This document shows positions 24,522 through 36,311 of a stretch of DNA of 64,000 bases, in pieces. Location of the stretch: positions 620,001-684,000 of the forward strand of contig CP145414.1 in NCBI GenBank assembly GCA_036867785.1. Reading direction: 5' to 3'. The notes under the pieces were generated by a model. The model was not told the origin of the DNA. It worked only from the letters and a program-made list of their open reading frames with translations, and ran no database searches. The DNA is from Plasmodiophora brassicae. Taxonomy: Eukaryota. Position 1 is the stretch's first letter; every line of letters begins with the position of its first letter. Made by a program: the position numbers and the translations under genes.

Positions 24522-24954
24522 CGCCGCGCCTGCTCTGACTAGGACGTCCCCGTTCCCGAACGCAGTTGGTGTCGAGTTGGCACGACAGATTGCGTTGTAG
24601 GTCGGTGGCGGACCTTCACCAACGCCCAATCTGACTCGCCGCTATTTTCGGCCACTGCTCGCCCGCTCTGCAGTGCAGCTCAACGCCTGCGAAATCGCCC
24701 CCGCCCCGATTCCGCCACTGGGGCCGCTGTTGCAAGCGAGATTATGCGCGTCGCCGCCACTGGGACAGAAAGTCCGCCACAGTCATCGTGTTCCGTTCCG
24801 ACGGGGGCTATTCCGGGCCGCCTCCGCTAGACATACCTCGCTGCCGGCCAAGAAGGTCGCCAAGTTCGCTCCACCTGCAGATCGTCGGTACGGATGGCGA
24901 ATCGCGCGTGCCTTGCATGGATATTTGCTGGTAGTGAGGCGAAGGCGTCGGTCG

Positions 24955-27354
24955 ATGCCGGGGACGTTGTCTCTGCACATATCGGCGAGCAGTGCGATCT
25001 CGGACGTGGACAACGTCGTGGTCAGCGCGGAACCTGTCGCGTTCGAAGGCAGGCTGAAACTGTGCGAGTTCGGGAGATCCCCGGCTAACCGAGATGTCGA
25101 CACGACTGCACCGAAATTCTTCCAGCTTCGTGGCAACCAGCTGCTCATGGGCGACAGCGCCAGCTCGCTGAACGTGTTCTGCGTGCTGAACAGCGGGTAC
25201 CTGATCCGGGACCAGCCCGACAGCATCATCTCGATCTTCAAGCCCGGCAAGACGAAGATTTCGTTGCAAGCGCCATCGCCCGACGAAGCGAAGCAATGGG
25301 TGACGCACATGCGGAAGGCGCTCATCGGGTACCGCATCGATAAGACCATCCTGGAGTCCCGCATCCAGCAGCAGGCGATGGTGAAGAAAGCCATGGAGAC
25401 GTCCCGCGAACTGGATGATGTCGTCGTCGATGACGATGATGACGACGAGGACACTGACGACGATGCCGACGATGGATTGGAATCGGCGCCGGCGGCAGAC
25501 GCAACCGGCTGCAACAGCAGTGAAATGGTTTCCTGGCAAGGGACTTGGCATGGACCCGCGCTGAAGGGCGGCATGCGGACCGGCCTAGGCCTGTACCGAC
25601 TCGGCAGCATTGTCTACGAGGGCGAATGGGATCGCGATATGAGTACGGGTGCTGTGCACGCCGCTGTGTCATCGGGCGCTAACGTACGAGACAATGGTGT
25701 GCAGTGCACGGCCAAGGGCAGATGTTCGACGAGAAGACCGGTGTTCGGTATAATGGGAAATGGCAGAACAACTGCCAGCACGGACGCGGCGAGGTCGAAT
25801 TTGCCAATGGCGATAAGTACAACGGCATGCTCTTCCACGGCCGGATCATGGGGTACGGCGTCCTCACGCAGAAGGTGACCATCGACCCGGCAACGGGCAA
25901 ACACCTGCCCTTCCACCAGTACCGGGGCGAGTTCGTCGATGGCGTCCCGACTGGGCACGGCCGCATGACCTGGGCGAATGGAGGTGCGCGTCGCTTCATT
26001 TGACCATGACGCCACATGATTAATGTGCGTCCCAGACGTGTACGAAGGGCGATTCAGGGATGGCGTCGGGCATGGTCGGGGTCGGCTCACGTACGCGACC
26101 GTCGGACAGGTCCACACGGGCTGCTGGCATAAGGGCGTGCTTGGTAAAGGCTCCTCGGCGGGCGACGTGTCAAATGACAGGACAATGACATTGCGTGTTT
26201 GTGTGTCTCTCTTCCAGAATACGGCGAGATTCAGTTCACGGCGACGGGGAACGTCTACCGTGGGCAGATCCAAACGAAGCCGGGCGATGTGACGAGCGGG
26301 ACGCTGATCTACAAAGACGGCGGCGCGTACGAAGGCACCGTGGCCGGGGAATCCCGACATGGAACGGGCAAGATGACCTGGTCGAATGGCGACCAGTACG
26401 AGGTTTGCAGGAATCCGGTGAATCCCACGCCGAGTTCGCTGGGTTGACGCGCCGTTGTTAGGGTTCCTGGGCCAACGACACCATGCACGGATTCGGCACC
26501 CTCGTGCGCTCGGACCAATCACGATACTCTGGGTACTTCAGCAAATCACGAAGAAGCGGTGTGGGCGAATTCGTTTTCGGCAAGCGCTCCTACAACGGTA
26601 TCTGCAGCAGCGTCCTCCACTCATGGTTCTAGCACTCACAACGCGGATGTTAGGGACCTGGAATGACGACCTGCCCAACGGGACCGGGGTCATCATGTAA
26701 CAACCCGCCGTGTCGATTCCAATGGCTCGCGGGCTGCTAACCACGCTGGCGAGCAGGTTCGCGAATGGGAACAAGTACAGTGGCGTATGGAAGGCTGGAA
26801 AGCGGACGGGTGTGGGGCGATTCACGTTCGCACGCAACAAGGCTGTCATCGATGGCGAATTCCTCGGTACGGTTGGACAGTTCCTCGTCGGTCGTGGTGC
26901 TCACCATTCCCCAGACGGGAAGCCGCACGGGCAGGCGACGTTCGCGCTGGAAGACGGTCGGTGCTTCAAAGGCACGTTTGCCGGGTACATGCGCATCGGC
27001 AAGGGAACCATTGTCCTCCCAGATGGGAGAGCTCGCGTCTCCCAGTTCGTCGACGACCGCGAGGTCGATGGCAGCCAGCTGCACGGGCACCTCGTCGAAG
27101 AGATCGCCCTGGACGACGATATCGACGATAAGCCCGACGACATCGTCCTGTCGTCGGGCAAGAAACAGCATCGCGCGCCATCCGAGGATGAACTGTCGTT
27201 GAAGGGTGACGCCGATGTCGACGACGTCGGCGTCGACATCCCCGACTTCTTCGACTTCTCCGCCGGCATCCACGCCCGGCCTATATCCGTTGACGGGTTT
27301 GACATCTTCCCCGTCGACGAGATTGATTGCCCGTTCGTCAAACCCGTCGCATAA
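24955..27354 (+). CDS. PH-domain + MORN-repeat protein
   Basis: PH region FEGRLKL...KFFQLRGNQL...ISLQAPSPDEAKQWVTHMRKAL, an acidic linker, then many MORN units (YEGEW..D..HGQG, YNGKWQNNCQHGRG, YSGVWKAGKRTGVG). Ends DCPFVKPVA*. Confidence 0.88.
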
Positions 27355-27409
27355 ACTAACCGATTGTGTACTACGAATGCGACAACGCGCGTTGCCGCCA
27401 CCCTGCTGA

Positions 27410-27800
27410 TCATGTGGCCGTGCACGCCCAGACGGCAAAGTGCAAAGTTGTGCCCCGATGTACAATAATATAGCGAGTACTCCCGGCGCGGATTGGGAAC
27501 CCAGTCGTCGGAACCTGTCTTGACGGCCACGGTGCCCTTTCCTGCGTGAACGTAGGCCGCGTACAGGCCATGGCGCGCCACGTCGATTTACAACGACGAC
27601 ATCGACGAGGTTCCGGTTGACGCTCGCACACCCATCAATGCCTGGACCGGCTTTCATTCGTAGTCATTCTGCACGCGACGACGACTGTGATCAGAACCGA
27701 CCACCTATGCGCAATGTGTCGTGTACCTCCCAGTCCTTCCAGAAGATGAACGGCGGCGTGCCCAGGTGGGCCAGGATGTCGGCATAGCCTGGCTGCGGCC
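27410..27800 (-). pseudogene. Degenerate copy of the alpha-amylase 3' end
   Basis: Encodes VARHGLYAAYVHAGKGTVAVKTGSDDWVPNP, matching the amylase C-terminus at 31374-31620. Contains indels and has no 5' part. Confidence 0.85.
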
Positions 27801-28254
27801 GTCCTGCACCGAACGTTTTCTAGTCGATCCTCGACTCGCACCAGTTGTTGGCCTCCGAGTTTCGGTCGTTCGCGGCCCCGCGCCAGGACCAATGTCGCCG
27901 TCGTCGCCTCGTGAACCGAAGACGTAGCCGTGGGGCAGGGGAACCGTGCAGACCTTTGCAAACGGAAGCCAGGATCCACGGCATCATCTCAACATCGCGG
28001 GCTTTGCCACGTCATCATGGAGAGATACGACCGTTCAGGCCCCCTTTTTCCATTTAGGTATTCTTGGGCGTTGGCCGTTGGGCGCCTATGTAGGTATCTG
28101 TAGGCCGGAACCAGACCGGAGTTTGGAACAACTCCGCCCGGCATGCGGCAGCCGGGGCGTAGCCCTGGGGCCAGACCGATATCGGACCTGTCGTACGAAC
28201 TGTCTCGGTGTCTCCCCCTTCCGCGCTCGTGGACCAGCAGGCTCCCGACCCGGA

Positions 28255-29239
28255 ATGTCCATCTTACGGCATGTGTGTGGCCAAATCATTCCTAAGGCGC
28301 GCACATTAGTGCTGCTGGGGATCCTGAATATGGTTTTAAATGTCACTGGCGATCACATTACTCTTCGATCCGCCAATGGTGAAAGCTTCAAGTTGCCTTT
28401 CGACACTGTACTAAAACACTGCCGTGCCTTTCGCCCTATCCACGCAAGGGAGGTCGATGGACGCTACGTTGACGCCGTATCACCTCCCCAACATCACGAC
28501 GTTACGTTCAATTCGAACGAGTTGGCCACGCTGGTGAGCGTCATGCAGAACACGGTCGATTTTGGTATTGCAGCACCTGACCACAGTGGTACTGAAGTTG
28601 CTTGCGATTGCACAGGCGCCATTCGTCGAGGATGCCGGGCAGTGGGTCGTTACCGAGCTGAACAACAAGGTTCTTTTCTGGACCCGGATCCCGCGGATCT
28701 TGTCAGCTGCTCGTGAACTGAAGATGTATTCGTTCATTGTTGCAATTGGACTATATGTTCCGTTGCCACCGACTGGGCAACCCGTGCTTGAATCGCTCGA
28801 CAGCCTGCTTAATGAAGACCGGAGACAAACAACGTTCTACGTTAATGGCATCGTCCAGAATTCCCCCAGGTAAAGTTCCGCGCTGCAGTCGACTCGCACA
28901 ATGTCGTCTCATACCGTCTCCAGGTGCGGATTAGGATGCCGGGATGAATATTCTCGTGACAACCTGCCCATGGAATTGCCCTGCCGCCACACGTTCCACA
29001 CTGCATGTGTCATCGATATGTTGGGCCAGCACGGCTGCTGTCCATTGTGCGGGCGCCCGATCATGGACCCGGATGTCATGGCTCAAATCCGAACACGCAC
29101 TGTCAGAGATGTTACCGCCGTCAAGATGCACCAAATCGTACAAGTTGAACACAGTTGGCAAAAGTGCTACGCGGCCATCTTTTGTGGGTCATGTAGACTC
29201 GTGGCCGCTTTGCCCGCCACCCGTTGCAGTTCTTTCTGA
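28255..29239 (+). CDS. Predicted secreted Skp1/BTB-like + RING-H2 protein, copy 1 (candidate effector E3 ligase)
   Basis: Signal-like TLVLLGILNMVLNVTG. HITLRSANGESFKL and RILSAARELKM resemble Skp1/POZ motifs. Introns 28555-28615 and 28870-28923. RING CGLGC...LPCRHTFHTACV...CPLC. The 3' end is uncertain. Confidence 0.75.
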
Positions 29240-29401
29240 ATACACGGCACTACCAACTTGTGGGTTTTCGTTCATCGCATTGCAGGCATCTGCACACGGG
29301 CACTCCTCTCCGGTGTCGGCGGAGACGTGTCTCCAATGCCAGACCAGATGTCTCCCGTTCGTCAAACCCATCGTGTACTGAGAATGCGAGAAACGCGCAT
29401 T

Positions 29402-29810
29402 GGCGCCGCCCTGCTCATGTGGCCGAGCGCACCCAGACGGCAAAGTTGTGCCCGGATGTATACAGCGAGTACTCCAGGTGCGGACTGGGGATCCAGTCGT
29501 CGGAACCTGTCTTGACGGCGACGGTCCCCTTTCCTCCGTGAACGTAGGCCGCGTACAGGCCATGGCGCGCCACGTCGATGTACAACGGCGACGTCGACGA
29601 GATCCCGGTTGACGCTCACACATCCATCAGCGCCTGAACCGGCTCTCGTACGTAGTCACCCTGCACGAGACGACGACAGTCATCACAGTTTTCACGTCAC
29701 CCGATGTACCATGTACCGTGTACCTCCTCCCAATGCTTCCAGAAGACGAACGGCGACGTAAACCGGATGGGCCAGGGTGACGGCGTAGCCTCGCTGCGGC
29801 CGTCCCTGTA
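29402..29810 (-). pseudogene. Second degenerate copy of the alpha-amylase 3' end
   Basis: Near-identical to 31374-31640 (cttgacggcgacggtcccctttcctccgtgaacgtaggccgcgtacaggccatgg). Truncated upstream. Confidence 0.85.
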
Positions 29811-30263
29811 CCCAACGTTCCAGTCGGTCCACGACTCGCTCCAGACGTCGGCATTCGTATTCCGGTGGTTCGCGGCCCCGCGCCAGGACCGACGTTGACG
29901 TCGTCGCTTCCTGAACGCGAATTGCCGTGGGGCAGGGGAAAGTTACTGTCGTCCATAGCGTGTCCCTCATTCCATTGCAAACAGAAGCCAGAATCCATAG
30001 CATCTTCTCGACATCGCCTGCCTTGCCGCGTCGTCACGGAGACAGTACCTCCGTTTCACACTTCAGGCCCCCTTTTTCCATTGATACTTGGGCGCCTATC
30101 TATAGGCCGAACGGCGAACACAGACCGGGCTTTGGAACAACTCGGGCGGCATGCGGCAGCCTCGGAGAACAGCCCGGGGGCCAGATCGATATCGAACCTG
30201 TCGTAAGAACAACGAGCAGGTGTCCCCTCTCGCGCCCGACTACCAGCAGGCTCCCGACCAGGA

Positions 30264-31318
30264 ATGTCCACCTTTCGGCGTGTCTGTGCCCATACCAGGC
30301 CTAAGGCGCGCACATTAGTGCTGCTGGGGGTCCTGATGGCTCTTACTATCACTGGAGATATACCTGATCATTGTACTCTTCGATCGCCCGATGGTACAAG
30401 CTTTACGTTGCCCTTCGAAACTCTAGTGAAACACTGCCGTGCCGTTCGCTTTCGCGTTGCCCACGATAACCAAGTCGGCGGACCCACTGGTACCGTACGC
30501 CATCCCGAACCCGAACCGTACGACGTCTCGTTCAGTTCCGACGACTTGGCCACGCTGGTGAACTTCATGCAGAATACGGTCGTTTTCGGCATTGCAACAC
30601 CTGACTACAGTTGTACTGAAGATGTTTGGGATTGCACAGGCGCCATTCGTCGAGAATGCCGGGCAATGGGTCGTCGCCGAGCTGTACTACAACCTTCATT
30701 TTTGGACCCGGATCCCGAGGATCTTGGCAGCTGCTCGCGAACTGAAGATGTATTCGCTCATTGTTGCAATTGGACTATATGTTCGGCTGCAAACGACTGG
30801 GCGACCCGCGCTTAAATCGCTCGACCGCCTGCTCAATGAAGACCGGAGACAAACAGTATTCCACGCCCATGGCCTCGTCCAGGATCCCCCCACGTAACGT
30901 TCCGCGCTGCAGTCGACTCGCACAATGTCGTCTGATACCGTCTCCAGGTGCGGAATACTGGAATGCCACGATGAATATTCTCGTGAAAATATGCCCATCG
31001 AATTACCCTGCCGGCACACGTTCCACTATTCATGTGTCAGTGATTGGTTGTGGCTGCACGGCTGCTGTATATCATGCGGGCGCGCGATCATGGACGAGGC
31101 GAACATGGCTCAAATCCGAACACGCACTGTCGAAGGTGTAACCGCCGTCAAGATGCGTCGAATCGAACACGTTGTAAACAGTTGGCAAGTGTCGTAGCCC
31201 CGTGGCCTGATTTGTCTCCCGATGCCCGTCGCAGTTCTTCCTGAATACACGGCACAACCAGCTTGAGGTTTTCATTCAGAACGTTGCGCGTCCCCCGTTC
31301 GTCAAACCCATGGCGTAA
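30264..31318 (+). CDS. Predicted secreted Skp1/BTB-like + RING-H2 protein, copy 2
   Basis: TLVLLGVLMALTITG signal, HCTLRSPDGTSFTL and RILAAARELKM. Same intron positions as copy 1. RING CGILEC...LPCRHTFHYSCV...CISC. The putative last exon after intron 31189-31234 ends RPPFVKPMA*. Confidence 0.75.
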
Positions 31319-31373
31319 ACTCTAACCGATAGTGTACTAGGAGAACGAGAAACGCGCATTGAGGCCGCCCTGC

Positions 31374-32849
31374 TCATGTGGCCGTGCGCACCCAGACGGC
31401 AAAGTTGTGCCCGGATGTATACAGCGAGTACTCATGTTGCGGATTGGGGATCCAGTCGTCGGAACCTGTCTTGACGGCGACGGTCCCCTTTCCTCCGTGA
31501 ACGTAGGCCGCGTACAGGCCATGGCGCGCCACGTCGATGTACAACGGCGACGTCGACGAGATCCCGCTTGATGCTCGCACATCCATCAGCGCCTGAACCG
31601 GCTCTCGTACGTAGTCATCCTGCACGAGACGACAACGGTCATCACAGTCCGCGTCACAGGTGCGCAATGTGCCCTGTACCTCCCAGTCCTTCCAGAAGAC
31701 GAACGGCGTACCCGGATGGGTCAGGATGACGGCGTAGCCTTGGACGATCTGCGGCCGGTCCCCGAATCGGTCGTCGCGGGCCGTGTCGTGGTTGTCGAGG
31801 AACGTGCAGGCGTAGAGCGAGTTCCTGGAAACGATCCCGGTGAACTTCAACCAGGAGTAGTCGTTCGACGTGACGGCGCTCTTCAGTTCGGAACGGTACG
31901 GGAAGTCGAACGCGGACGATTGCTGCTGGGCGCCCTGGATCCACGCCCAAACACGGTCCGTGTCCGACCACACCTCGCCGACCGAGAATTCGGGTTGCGA
32001 ATCGCGAACGTACTCGGCATTGAACCTGGCGTCATACCTGCTCGTCGCTGTCACCGGCCTGCTCTGCGTCGTGTTCGTTGCAAGTTACCCGATTGCCATG
32101 TCGAATCGCCAGCCTTTGAACCCGACCGACTTCAGCCAGTGCAGGTACTCCTTGACGAGGCGGCGAACCTGACCAGAAACAGGTTCAGCAGCGGGGCGTT
32201 CAACGGAGCGAGCATTGCGAACCCCATCGTTCGTATGGTCCAGGTCGGGAGACGGGCAGAAGTTATCGCCGGTATCGAAGTTGCCACAGCCGCAGTCGCC
32301 CTGGCAGAACCTGTCGCCGCTGTTGCACTTGTAATCGTCGGCGACGACGGCCCAATTGCCCATGTCCGGCTCCTGGAACGCGGTGCTAATGTGCATTGTT
32401 ACGAAAGCCCACCAGGTCAGCAGCGCACGCGCCCTACTATTCATGAGTGCACGGGTCGACGTGTGGTGCGCCACGATGATTGATGACGATGTCAGCGACG
32501 CCGACCATGCCGCGCGAGTTCATGTCTTGAAGAAGAGCGACGAGCGAGTCGTGGTCGACCAGGCGGTACCATCGCTGAGGAATGTATCCTTGCGCGTCGA
32601 CCGATTCCGACTGGGGCGGCAGCCAGGCGCCATGGAACCCAGCGGACGCCCAAGACGAGACCTGAGCAGGCCGGCTCGTCAAAGACGCAGGCCGGACGTC
32701 GCTTGCAGCGCGCTCACCTGGGTCTTCAGGTACCGCATATGGCCAGGCCGATCGGAGATGGATTCCCAATCGAAGGTCTGAAGGTAGACCTGCGACTGGG
32801 CGATGACCACCAGGAGGGAGACGGCGACGACGGCAGGCGCCAGCGACAT
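31374..32849 (-). CDS. Secreted alpha-amylase (GH13, plant-type)
   Basis: Signal MSLAPAVVAVSLLVVIAQS, QTFDWES, WLPPQSES...GYIPQRWY, ADIVINHR (region I), GWRFDMAIG (region II), VGEVW (region III), TFLDNHDT (region IV) and GYAVILTHPGTPFVFW. Confidence 0.93.
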
Positions 32850-33039
32850 CCCCCGTGTGGAACAACGATATACGAATGACGGGCGACGCCGGTCCCCTCC
32901 ATTGGTCGCTCCTCGTTACCCAGGGGCCGATACTGTCTGACTGTCTGCCGGGTGACGAACGCGGGCACCCGAGTTGCGACATGTGCCTTTCGTAAGGGTT
33001 GTGGCCCGCCAGGGGGGCGGGAGGCAACCCCATGTTAGT

Positions 33040-35653
33040 TCATTGGGATTGGGGCGCTGGCGAGGTGGCGGCCGTGCCTGACAGCTTCAAGCTGAGACGA
33101 CGGAACGTGTTCACAATCTTCTGCCCGATGTTCTGCTTCGGCTCGACGTGCGACAGCCTCAGGACGAAGGTCATGTTCCCGATTCGGACGGTGTCGTTCA
33201 ACGACACCGGTGCGTAGTGGACGCGGCTGCCGTTGACGAAGGTGCCCGATGATGATCCTAGGTCGAACACGTCGACGTTGGTGCGCGTGTACCCGAACCT
33301 GGCATGTGACCTCGACACGTCTGCGCTTTCCTGGACCAGGACGTCGCAGGAGTAATCGCGCCCGATCGTCAGCGTGTTGAGCTCGTGCGGGAACCCAACG
33401 GTGATCGGGGGGTGTTGGTGCCCGGTCGTCGACGAGGACGGCAGCGTCAGGACCAGGCTTGGCATCTCCAGTTCGATGTCATCTGCACGGGCGTGTTGAG
33501 AAAGCCGCAAAGGAGAACCTATCGACACCGACTTGGGAACGATGCCTGTTTCGGGTCGATAGGAAGCTCGGCGCTAGCCAGTTCACACTTCATGTAGTGG
33601 TGGAACGGTTTCGTTCGCCTCAGCTCCTCGAAGCACCCTTGCATTGTGGCACGAAGCCAGTCCCAGACCTGGAACACGCAGATCAGACCTCAGCGTTTGG
33701 TCTGACCGTGACGTCTACTAGACCGGCTCCAGGACATCGGCGTGGATGGGCGTGCCGCTTGACGCTGCTTTCATCAGGTACGATGCAATCGCTGCGGGAT
33801 CGGCGCCGGCCAGTGGTGTTAGCGCGTCCCTCGCGAAGAACCGTTTGTACAGATCGTGAAGCAGAGCAGGACGCTGTTCGTCATCGACGGATTCGTCCTG
33901 GAATTGAACGCAGGCCGCCATGACTGACATGGTTGATCACACAACGAGGCCCAGACAGGAGCGACATGTGGCTACTGACTCTGGGAGAGCGCCAAGCGGC
34001 TTGTATCTCGTAGAAACGTCAGGAATAGTTTTCGACCGTTCGGCCTGGCCATGAGCTCATCGACTGTGTACCCCGACTCCCTCATCGATGCGATCGCTTC
34101 GAATATCCGCCTGAAGCAATCGTTTAGAGGTGAAGCCGCCGAACGCAAACGGACGTTCGTGTAGCAGACAATGAACGGTCTGACTGAGATTCGTGCTTGA
34201 AGGTGACAGGGTCGTTCTCGAGCAGGGGTTCCTCGGTCGGGGTGTTTAGCAGTTTGCCATTGCCACCCCGGATGAGCTTCGTGAATGTGCTCATGCGTTT
34301 CGCGTGCGGTCGTCGATTGAAGCTCGATGATCGGCGGCGTTCCCGTTCGAGTTTCTCTTGGCGGCACCGGATCAGAACCGCCTCGATGGCCGCCATCCAT
34401 TCGCACAACGCGATGGCGTGTGGCATGCGAAGCTCGATCGAACGCAGGGCCGTCTGAATGGACAGCATGAATCGCCCCTTTCGGATCTCGTCCACGACTA
34501 GTGCCACCGTTGCAAGGTTCATGTTGAAGAACCTGGCGCACACGGTTCCTCATTGGGTATAGGCGACCAGAGGCGACGGCGTTTACGATATGGGTTCGTC
34601 AGCGGATTCGTTCTCGAACCAGTAGAGCGATTGATCTGAGCACACGTCGTTGGCACCGACATATGCTGCCAGTCAATGAATCATTACCATGGAGGACGAA
34701 CCAATACGTTCGGCCACGCCTGTCGGCGTCCGTCGGGGCGACCATCTCCAGGTGACCCGTGATCAGCTTTGAGAAGCTCTTCTGCAGAGATACGTCCATG
34801 GCGACGAGTCCTGCGGGTGACAGTTTGTCAACCAATACCGTTGTGGTCAACGGGGTACCCACCCGCATCTGACAGCACTTGTCGCATACGCAGCCGGCGC
34901 TGTTCGAGGACGTAAAATTGGTCGCTGTCGGTAATCGTTAGCGTTGTAGTGATCGTTGACGCGTCGGTATCATACCGAAGCATTGGCATGGCTTGTACCG
35001 CGGCCTGCGTTTTCTCCTGCCAGAGATCATCGCCGAGCAAACGTCGTAGGTCAGTTTCGACGGCCCTGACGAAGGCGGCCTTCGTGGGCTCATCTGGGCA
35101 TTTCAAGATGACGATCTAACGCGCAGGTCAGCAAGGGGAACTGCGACGAAATGACCCTATAACGAACCTGGTCGTTCGTCATGATCTTGATGACGTGGGC
35201 CGCCGTCTCGAACTCCAGGTACACCTTGTAGTCGGCGTCGTGTGCGGGCAGCTTGTCGTCGTCGCCTCCTTCTTTGCTAGCGTCCGCAATCGAGTATTCA
35301 CTCGGCAGAAGAAACGCAATGCGGAAGGCGCCAGTGTTGCTGGTGTCCTCCTGGCGTGGGCGATAGTACAGCACGTTGTTCGAAACTTCAACGTGGGACG
35401 TTTCCCAAGCGCACCCGGCCACGAAGTTGAACGACGTCGGCAATTGCATCTCAAGAGTGCCGAAGAAAACCGGCGTCTGCGTGTAGCTGAGCTTCTTGTT
35501 CGGCGCTGTGTGGTCCGGCAGGTACCGCAGCGTTTCAAGCATGTTCATCGTTGAGTCGTCCATGGACGACACCGAGTCCATGGTCGTCTCGACATCCGGT
35601 AGCGATTCGAACGCGGCATAGCTGATGTCCGTCTCCGTCGTCATGCCGGCCAT
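33040..35653 (-). CDS. PH-PH-RGS-FHA multidomain signalling protein, paralog 2
   Basis: PH1 FFGTLEMQ...WETSHVEVSNNVLYY...AAFVRAVE. PH2 ITGHLEM...YWFVLHG...LRMPHAIALCEWMAAIE. RGS-like GYTVDELMARPNGRKLFLTFLRD...LYKRFF...VWDWL. FHA LTIGRDYSCDV...VSRSHARF...FDLGSSSGTFVNG. The RGS and FHA exons are joined in frame by GT-AG introns. Confidence 0.78.
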
Positions 35654-35861
35654 GACGGTCGGTCGGCCTCGGATGCGTACCCTAGATACTGCTCAGGGTC
35701 GATCGAGGGCCGTCCCCATACAGATTCCAGGGTCGTTGACATCATGTATAAAACGCGCCCTGAACTGGCGTCCGTGGAGGGCCCGATGAAGGGTGCCGAT
35801 GCTGACGAGCCATTGTTGTTGCGGACACATTTGGGCGTTGTGTGCGTCGGTTGCGTCGCGC

Positions 35862-36311
35862 ATGACGGACGTTGCCCGCGACGCTGGGCAGAGTCGGAGC
35901 GCGACAGGGCGCGGCAGCTCGCAGCTGGCGGTACGGTACTGTGCACATTGCGGTGCGTCCTCCTTGATCACTGGTGAGGAGGGTTGCCGTTTGCGTGCGA
36001 TGCGTCGACCCGTGTCTGACGCGCTGCGCGGAGCAGATGTGGACCTAGAGACGAGCCCACGACGGAAGACGGATGGAGCAGCCATTGTCAGCGAAGTGGA
36101 GTCCGTGTGTCGACCGTTGATGAACTGGTCGGATTCGGCGACGATTATCAAGCGCGGCCCGAATCTGGTAGAGCAGCAAATCCGGCTGTTGTGCAAACGG
36201 TGCACACTCCCGCTCGCGTACCGATCGGATTCGGCCCCTGGATTGCTGTACGTGATCGACGGCGCGCTGTCGGACGACCCAAAAGCTTTCATGACGAAAT
36301 TCAAACACTGA
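35862..36311 (+). CDS. STEEP1/CXorf56 (UPF0428) family protein
   Basis: YCAHCGASSLIT[intron]DVDLETSPRRKTDGAAIV...IKRGPNLVEQQIRLLCKRCTLPLAY...LYVIDGAL. Confidence 0.8.
   Translation: MTDVARDAGQSRSATGRGSSQLAVRYCAHCGASSLITGEEGCRLRAMRRPVSDALRGADVDLETSPRRKTDGAAIVSEVESVCRPLMNWSDSATIIKRGPNLVEQQIRLLCKRCTLPLAYRSDSAPGLLYVIDGALSDDPKAFMTKFKH

Larger units (their letters stand above)
27331..31780. repeat. About 2-kb direct tandem duplication: units about 27331-29354 and 29355-31294, plus a third partial unit about 31295-31780
   Basis: The anchor ccgttcgtcaaaccc...tcatgtggccg...cccagacggcaaag recurs at 27331, 29355 and 31295. The RING genes and their upstream regions also align between units. Confidence 0.93.
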
